In this document: positions 53,287 through 64,000 of the stretch, one piece after another
Layout: the number at the start of each line of letters is the position of its first letter
Numbering within the stretch: the first letter of the stretch is position 1
NCBI RefSeq assembly: GCF_018350175.1
Contig: NC_058382.1
Coordinates: 7,192,001-7,256,000, forward strand
Direction of reading: 5' to 3'
DNA: 64,000 bases
Origin: Felis catus
Lineage: Eukaryota
Position numbers and translations under genes: made by a program
The notes under the pieces: generated by a model
Databases searched by the model: none
Told to the model about the DNA's origin: nothing
What the model saw: the letters and a program-made list of their open reading frames with translations, nothing else

Positions 53287-53508
53287 GGGGCGCCTGGGTG
53301 GCTCAGTCGGTTAAGCGTCCGACTTCGGCTCAGGTCATGATCTCGCGGTCCGTGAGTTCGAGCCCGACGTCAGGCTCTGTGCTGACAGCTCAGAGCCTGG
53401 AGCCTGTTTCAGATTCTGGGTCTCCCTCTCTCTCTGACCCTCCCCCATTCATGCTCTGTCTCTATCTCAAAAATAAATAAACGTTAAAAAAAAATTAAAA
53501 AAAAAAAA
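53287..53508 (+). mobile_element. Can-SINE
   Basis: TSD aagagcctagagc. Confidence 0.92.
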
Positions 53509-54364
53509 GAGCCTAGAGCTGGAACTGGGGCCTCCTGGTTGTTAGGTGGATTTGCTGTGTGACCTCCTGTGAATCACTGCCTTCTCTGGGCCTCCCATTT
53601 CTCATCTGAAAGGAAAGGATGGAGCAGCTGACCCAGGTGATACTGACATTCTTCTGTGGCCTTGGCCTCCTGTGATTCATGGGCCTATGTGTCACCTGAA
53701 GACACGCAGGTGGCAGGATGTGACGTGACCACACCTGGGTGTGATGTGCAGTGTATCCCCCCCCCCCCCAACATGAGGAAGGGACGCTACTCACTGGGCC
53801 ACCTGCTGAGCCCCCTGTTCTGGCTGTGAGGATGAACTCAGCACAGAGCATCATCGCTCAGGCTCTGAGCTCTGGCTCATTCCCCCTCTGCCTCCTTTCT
53901 GTCTCTTTGTGTCTCAGTCTGTGTGGCTCCTACCCTTTCCTTCCGTCTTTTCTCTCTGCCTCCCTCTCTCCTGGCCAGCATTCTGGCTTCTCTCTGTTAT
54001 GCTAGGTATGCTTTTCCCTGTTTATTTTCCTCTCCCTCACAATCACCTCTCTCCCACGCTCTCCTCAAGACCCTTAGGCTCCCTGGGATCCTCTCTCCCC
54101 AGCTGAGAAGACTTCTTGGAACAGGAGACCTGGGGAATCCCCATGGAATCCAGCTCCAAAAAGGGTGTTTGGGGCCCTGGAAAGAGCCTGTATTCCCTGG
54201 GCCCCTCCCAGAGCAGGAATCTGGGGCCCAGGTTGGGTGCCAGCCCCACCCACGGTATAATTAGGGAGAGGGAAAGGGAGGGAGTGAACCCCTGGGGGGA
54301 GGGTGGGGAAATTTCCGGGCTCTTCGGGGTTAAAAGGGAAGGCCAGGCCAGGGGTCCCTGGGCA

Positions 54365-54461
54365 GAGGATTCGGCGGCCCACTCGGCGGCGGCAAGGTTA
54401 GGGCACTTCTGAGTCTCCTCCCTCCTCCTCACCAGCCCTCCTCCCTACCAGCGACTCCCAG
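54365..54461 (+). other. KLK10: KLK10 proximal 5' non-coding exon (start approximate)
   Basis: Follows TTAAAA; donor ctcccag|gtgagg. Confidence 0.6.
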
Positions 54462-54915
54462 GTGAGGTGGGATGCCCTACCCTGGTAGGGGCGGGTTGTG
54501 AGAGCATGGGTGGGGACCTTCGGGTCTCGGGCACGAGCCCTGTTTGAGCCTCAATTGCCCTATCAATCGGGCGCGCCTCTGAGCCTCGGACCGTCGCGCC
54601 ACCTGTGAAGGAGGGCGAAACCCAAATGCTGTTTGGCCGGCAGTCCGGGGAAGCCGGGGTCCTGAGATGGCTCCCCCTTCGGGCACAGGGAGCTCTGGAG
54701 GACGCCACGGGGGGCGTCATTAGGGTAATGGTGCCCATCCCTGGTATTCTGGCCCGAGTCGCCCGTCCCCCTGTCCCTGAAGTCGTCGGCCGCAGGTTAA
54801 GCGGGTCTTCGCGGGCTGGGTTGGCCCAGGACGGGCGGACGGGCGCCGTGGGGTGCAGGTCTCTGACGGGGCATCCGTTTTAATCCGCCCTCGCCCCCTA
54901 GCCTCGGTCCCGGCC

Positions 54916-58007
<3,092 letters not shown>

Positions 58008-59556
58008 CCCCCAGGCCCGGAGCCTCTACCAGCTGCCTCTTCTCCCTTCCTGGGCAGTTGCGGGGGCTGGGCTCCTCCCCTGCCCCGCTCGAACCTCCGC
58101 TGCCCATCCACACCTGCTGATGTCTCTCCTCCTCCCTTAACCACCCCACCCCACCCCCCGCCCACTGCTGCTCTCTGCCCGCTTTGGAGTCAAACTGCCA
58201 AAAGCGATGGCAAAGTTTTTTGTTTTTTGTTTTTTTTTTAATTTGAGAGAAACAAGGAAGCTGGTGGTCACCCCATCTCTGAGAGGGGTTGTCACTCACC
58301 AAACCAGGCTTCCTCTACCACTCCCTGCTGTGTGACCTCAGGCAAGCTAAGCACCCTCTCTGGGCCTCTATTTCCTCACCTGGAAAATGAGGACAATGAA
58401 GTGCCTACCTCATATTCCCACTGTGAGGAGACTATGATATAACATGAGTGTGTAGGTTGCTATGGTAATTATCAGTAAAGCATTAACACAGTGGGTGGTG
58501 AGCCCTGACTAAATGTTACCTGTTGTCGTGACCTGCCAACAGGTCCTGGTGAGAACGTATGTCGCTCTGTGTCCCGGGGAGAAGAGCACAGGAGTAGCCC
58601 CCAATCCAAAGCTCCCCCTCACCATCCCCAGCCCTCAGGGTTGATGGGAGAATCACATTCCCCACCCTCCTCTCAAGTTCCACGAAGCACCCCTTAACCA
58701 CTTCCTCCCTCCCTCCCACTGTTTGCCACATCTGGGTCCGCCTGACACCAGTCCCTCCTGTGCCAGCAGGAGCTGGGCCACCTCTGAGTCATCTGGTACC
58801 TTCTCTGCCTTCCTGGGGCCACGGGAACCCAAGGGACCTTACCCTGGACCCATCCCAGCCTCTAAGATCAGAGGAACTCTCCCCACCTCAGTTGCTAAGT
58901 TGACATAAAGAAGCCCTCTGAGATTTAGGGGAAAGTTCTTGGTTAGATCCGTCTCCATTCCCTCACCAACCACAAGCTCCAGTCCCAGCTCCACTCTGTA
59001 TCTCCGTTCTCACCCTCCGATCCAACACCCACAGCCCCCAGTCTGCCTCCGTGCCCAACCCACTCCAAATGGGCTTTGAAATTTCACCCCGAAACTTTGG
59101 AAGGAGAAGAGTTCTTTTCCTCTCCCTGAAAGTATCTCCATGTAAATATTTCTCTGCTGGAGGGTATTACACACAGAATCCAGGCAGAGGTGTCTCCACT
59201 TAGCCTGGACTCTGGAGATATTAATTACATCAGCTGAACATCTGCACAGCAGAACTTTCCCAGCCAGCCTGTTCTTGTTTGCCCTTTCAAACACCAATTT
59301 ATTGAGCACCTATTATATGGCAAGCCTGATGCTGGGCACTGGGAGCATAGTGGCGACGCCAACCACACGGTCCTTGCGCTCACAGAGCCCACAGAAGCCT
59401 GGCTCACAGTTTCCAGCCCTGAGCCTCTCCAGCTTCCTTCCTCCACCCCCATTAGCACACCCAGGAAACGCCAATCAGGCATATCAGCGGAGTTTGTCAT
59501 GCAAGAATCAGAAACAAAGTAGGTGGGAACTTGAAAACTTGATTCACTGAGAAAAA

Positions 59557-59770
59557 TTTGTTTAATGTCTATTTATTTTTGAGAGACGGAGAGACAGACA
59601 GAGTGTGAGCGGGGGAGGGGCAGAGAGAGGAGGAGACACAGAATCCGAAGCAGGCTCCGGGCTCCGAGCTGTCAGCACAGAGCCCGACGCGGGGCCTGAA
59701 CTCAAGATCTGTGAGATCACGACCTGAGCTGAAGTCGGACACCCAACCGACTGAGCCTCCCAGGCGCTCC
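59557..59770 (-). mobile_element. Can-SINE
   Basis: Full structure. Confidence 0.88.
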
Positions 59771-59879
59771 TCGATTCATTTTTAAAGGCAAATCACCCAT
59801 TCCTGTAATCATCACAGTACAAGTGTTTCTTGAGCTGTGTCCTACTCCAGGTCCTGGAGGTGAATCAGCCTGAGCTCTC

Positions 59880-60255
59880 CCTCAAGGAGCTGCTAGTCAG
59901 GTCAGGGAGCCAGGCAAGACTTCCATTCTTGTCATTCAGGTTTCTACTCAAAGGTCACCTCTTCAAAGAAGACTTCCAGGATTGCCCTGGCTATAGGGGT
60001 CTCCTGCCCTTACCTGAACAACAATCCATTGCTCGGTTTACTTATTTATTTATTTATTTATTTATTTTTGCAACACTTGTTAGAGCTGAAACGACCTCAT
60101 TTATTTGTTTACTGCTTAATGATCTGTCTGTCCCCTGTCTCCCTCAACTCAGTCCTTGAAAGCAGGGACTCGGATTTATTCTCTGTGATTTTCTTAAGCA
60201 CCCAGCACAGTGCCTGGCACACAGAAACCACTCCATACATTGTTGAATGAATGAC
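59880..60255 (+). mobile_element. L2 3' end
   Basis: cagcacagtgcctggcacacag...tgttgaatgaatga. Confidence 0.7.
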
Positions 60256-60591
60256 AAAAACTGGCCAGCGCTGCAACAGAAGGGGGCACAGGGTGCCCTG
60301 AGGAGAGGCCAAGGACTCTTTCTGAGGAGACAGGGAGGTCTTCTCAGATCAGGGGACATTTGCATGGGGTTTAAAAGGATAAGTAGGAATGTACCAGGTA
60401 GAGAAGGAAATGCATTTCTGTCACTTTGTGACCTTGAGAAAATTGCTTGAATGCTCTCTCTACTTCAATTTTCCCCTCTGTGGAATAGAGATAGGATAGA
60501 CTCCTGTGAGAGTTAAATGAGATAATATACACGAAATGCTTACCTGCCAGGACAGTCAATGAAGGGAGCTGTCAAGATGTTATCAATAGCA

Positions 60592-60815
60592 GGGGCGCCT
60601 GGGTGGCTCAGTCAGTTAAGTGGCCGACTTCAGCTCAGGTCACGATCTCGTGGTCCGTGAGTTCGAGCCCCGCGTCGGGCTCTGGGCTGATGGCTCAGAG
60701 CCTGGAGCCTGCTTCCAATTCTGTCTCCCTCTCTCTCTGCCCCTCCCCCGTTCATGCTCTGTCTCTCTCTGTCTCAGGAATAAATAAGCGTTAAAAAAAA
60801 TTAAAAAAAAAAAAA
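60592..60815 (+). mobile_element. Can-SINE (feline)
   Basis: TSD aagatgttatcaatagca. Confidence 0.93.
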
Positions 60816-60892
60816 GATGTTATCAATAGCAGTTAGAATGGCACCTAGCACAGAGTGGCTATTCAGTCTCTGGTCTCAAAGATGGACCTCCC

Positions 60893-61116
60893 GGGGCGCC
60901 TGGGTGGCTCAGTCGGTTAAACGTCCGACTTCAGCTCAGGTCACGATCTCGCGGTCCATGAGTTCGAGCCCCGCGTCGGGCTGTGGGCTGATGGCTCAGA
61001 GCCTGGAGCCTGCTTCCGATTCTGTGTCTCCCTCTCTCTCTGCCCCTCCCCCATTCATGCTCTGTCTCTCTCTGTCTCAAAAATAAATAAACGTTAAAAA
61101 AAATTAAAAAAAAAAA
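60893..61116 (+). mobile_element. Can-SINE (feline)
   Basis: TSD aaagatggacctcc. Confidence 0.93.
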
Positions 61117-61440
61117 GATGGACCTCCCTTTCTGGAGACAGAGTAAGACACCCAACAACCACGAGTGACATGTATTGTAATGGGGGCAGCATGGGTCTCT
61201 ACGGGAGATGGATAAACATGTTATATTTGTTGAATGCTTACCATGTGCCCAGCACTGTTGTAAGACTTCAGATGGGTTAATTTGCTCAGTCACCCCGCGA
61301 CCTGAATTGTTATTACTTCTTAATAGATGGGCCAGCTGAAAGAGGTCCAGTGACTTGCCCAAGGTCACATACCTAATAATGGCCAGCATTGAGATTTGGA
61401 CCCTGGTGGTCCACTTCCAGAGTCCATGCTCTAAAAAAAA

Positions 61441-61645
61441 TTTTTTTAATGTTTATTTATTTTTTGAGAGAGAGAGAGAGAGACATATATAGTGTGAGTG
61501 GGGGAGGGGCAGAGAGAGGGAGCCAGAATCCGAAGCAGGCTCCAGGTTCTGAGCTGTCAGCACAAAGCCCGATGTGGGGCTCAAACCCTTGAACTGTGAG
61601 ATCATGACCTGAGCTCAAGTCGGATGTTTAATCAACTGGCACCCC
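61441..61645 (-). mobile_element. Can-SINE
   Basis: TSD gagtccatgct. Confidence 0.88.
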
Positions 61646-62940
61646 TGAGTCCATGCTGTAAAGCATTGTATCAAGTACACATTCAAGAGGAGCCCAGCCC
61701 CAGAGTGATAATCAGGCTTACAGCAACAGAAAGTGGAGGAGTCTGTGAGTGCCCAGGGGAGGAAAAGATGTACTCTTCCTTGAGAAATCACAGAAGACTT
61801 CCTGGAGGAGGGGGCATTTAGGCTGAGTCTTGAAGGATGAGTAGGAGTTTACCAGGAAAAGAATATAGAGAAAGACATTCACTCCTTTAATTAACATCTC
61901 CTGAGGCCTCCCAAGAAGAGCGCAGCCCTGAAAGGGTGATGCTGGGGACACACAGATGAGTCACATCTGGGCTTGGCCCTGCAGGGGCTGTCCACCTGAT
62001 GAGGAGGAGGGATGGGGATCGAGGCAGGTAGGATGGGCAGATGGGAAGGGCAATGGAGGAGAAGAGATTAAAAAAAAAAAAAAACAAACGGGCAATGTTC
62101 TCAGGACTTGGCCAAGATCTGGTGGTATTAGGAGAAAAGGAAAGCACTTAAGTTCCAGGTATGTTGGGCATGTGGGTCCTTGGTGGGTAGCGATATGAAG
62201 GGGATGGGGTAGTTTATGACAAGAGTGGGTTAATCCAGTTGGGACCATATTTCCTCAACCTTCTAGGAGAGAGCTTTGTTCTTGCGGGGAGGGGCCTGGA
62301 TGCTCAGGGTAGGGCATGCACATGTGTATGGCTGCTTGTGGTCTCTGCTTTGCTCAGTCTGTATCTTCCTTTCTCTCCTTCTCTCACCCCTGATCCTTCT
62401 ATCTCTGTCCTTCTCTCTAATTCTTTCTCTCCCTTTCCCTGCCTTGCCCCATCCTGCCTGCCTCCTTCCTAGCAAGTCTCTGTTCTTTCTCCCAGCCTCA
62501 GCCTGCTTTCTGGAAGGGCGTCCTCCTGCCCAGGACACTGGTCACAGCTCACCACAAGCTTCATTCAAGATAAATTTGCTTCCACCTCAGGACCCAGCCT
62601 TAGGAATCATCTTCCTATCCCTCTTCCTCCTCCAGATCACAGGATATCCTGTATCCAGGTCCCACATCCCCAGATCATGGGAATGAGGGTTCCCCTCTCT
62701 GGAGATCCCAGGGCCCCTCCCTCATTCCACCAAGCCCTGCAGGGGGGGGGGTCTCCTGCATCACCTCCATTCCCAAGGCCCCCAGTCAAGGCTCCAGGGC
62801 TTCCCCCTCCTCCTGGGACATTTCTCAACCCAGATTAATCACAGGGGCGGCCCCAGAGAGGAGGAAGGAGATGGCATGGCTTACCTTAAAGAAGCACCCA
62901 GCACCCCAACGCATGCTCAAGACCCAGGCACCCCGAGGTC

Positions 62941-62983
62941 ATGAGGCTGGGACTCGTCTGTGCTCTGCTTTCTCTCCTGACAG
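62941..62983 (+). CDS. KLK9: KLK9 coding exon 1
   Basis: Signal peptide, phase-1 donor. Confidence 0.93.
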
Positions 62984-63327
62984 GTGAGGCTCCTGCTGTC
63001 CATCTTGCTGCCTGTGCCCACGGCCCCCTGAGAGACCCCTCAACCCCTCCCCCACTCTCTACCCCCCCCCCCCACGCTTGCCCTTCCCCTTCCTGTTAGG
63101 TATCTCCCAGGTCTCCCCCAGCCCTCCCACCGTGATTGTCATTTACCCCTCTGCCTCCACCCCACCCCAGGGCACGGCGGGGCAGATACCCGAGCAATCG
63201 GGGCTGAGGAATGCCGCCCCAACTCGCAGCCCTGGCAGGCTGGGCTCTTCTTCCTCACCCGCCTCTTCTGTGGGGCTTCCCTCATCAGTGACCGCTGGCT
63301 GCTCACAGCTGCCCACTGCCGCAAGCG
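62941..63327 (+). CDS. KLK9: Kallikrein-related peptidase 9, partial (first two coding exons; the rest lies beyond the window)
   Basis: 62941-62983 [15 protein letters not shown]|gtgagg; 63171-63327 [26 protein letters not shown]...TAAHCRK CG|gtgagt. Confidence 0.95.
63171..63327 (+). CDS. KLK9: KLK9 His exon
   Basis: 157 nt; AIGAEEC motif. Confidence 0.95.
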
Positions 63328-63361
63328 GTGAGTGACCCGGGCACCACTATGTGTCGACGGG

Positions 63362-63362
<1 letters not shown>

Positions 63363-63392
<30 letters not shown>
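63363..63392 (+). repeat. G30 homopolymer in KLK9 intron 2
   Basis: Read directly. Confidence 0.9.
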
Positions 63393-63393
<1 letters not shown>

Positions 63394-63714
63394 GAGGATA
63401 AGGAAAGGGTGGGGGTGGGGTCAAGGGGCCTTCGGAGGGAGGGAGGGAGCTGTGGGCAGGAAGGATTTAGCCTTCATTTCTTTTCCCAAAAGCTCAACTG
63501 TTAGAATTGACTCTCCAAATTCTAGAGTCCCAAGTAATCTAATTATTGGAGTCTAAAATTTGAAACTCTTAAAAGCCTGGACTCTGACCCAGAAAAATCC
63601 AGAGTCTTGAGCTCCTGAAATCTCAGATCCATGAAATTCAGTGAATTCTAGAATCAGAGATTCATAGAGTGGTAGAAACTTAGGAATCCGGCTCTACCCC
63701 CAGAGGATATAATC

Positions 63715-63985
63715 ACTCCAGCCACACTGGTAAGTTTACATTTTCTAGTACATGTATTACAAGAGTGAAAAAGAAATGATTAACATTAATGTTAATAGAT
63801 TTGCTTTGAAACACTCAAAATATTATTTCAATTTGCAATCCACTTTTAAATGTTTATGAATGACTGTTTAGTCTTTTTTTTTTAATACTACGCCTTTGAA
63901 GTCAGATGTACGTTTTACACATACAGCACCTCTCAGTTCAGATGAGCCACATTTCAAGTGCTCAATAGTTGTATAGGATAGCACA
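63715..63985. mobile_element. MER33-like hAT-Charlie
   Basis: cagccacactgg...gtacgttttacacatacagcacctctcagttcagatgagccacatttcaagtgctcaatag. Confidence 0.65.
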
Positions 63986-64000
63986 ACTCTAGAATCTTAG

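Overview
This is mammalian genomic DNA from a felid: it carries abundant feline Can-SINEs, including the young SINEC_Fc type, so it is most likely domestic cat or a close relative. The window covers the distal half of the tissue-kallikrein cluster, syntenic to human 19q13.4. Five complete, frame-intact serine-protease genes and the start of a sixth lie in tandem on the + strand: KLK14, KLK13, KLK12, KLK11, KLK10 and KLK9 (first two coding exons). I spliced each by hand; they show the KLK five-coding-exon layout, intron phases 1-2-1-0 and the His/Asp/Ser triad. The rest is about 43 Can-SINEs, L1/L2/MIR fragments, MER21 and MLT1 LTRs, MER3/MER5A/MER33/MER63/MER104-like DNA transposons, MSR1 minisatellite units, low-complexity arrays and one 176-nt N gap. 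Best leads: (1) KLK12 has CTG at the ancestral start codon, but an in-frame ATG in the upstream exon could rescue it, while the human-type long N-terminal isoform starts of KLK14 and KLK11 are disabled; (2) inverted MSR1 units bracket exons of both KLK14 and KLK10 as near-perfect 27-bp and 19-bp duplexes; (3) KLK12 intron 4 holds a triplicated paired-CCAAT (NF-Y-like) module; (4) KLK10 lacks the activation-site Arg. All comparisons with human sequences are from recall and need checking by alignment.
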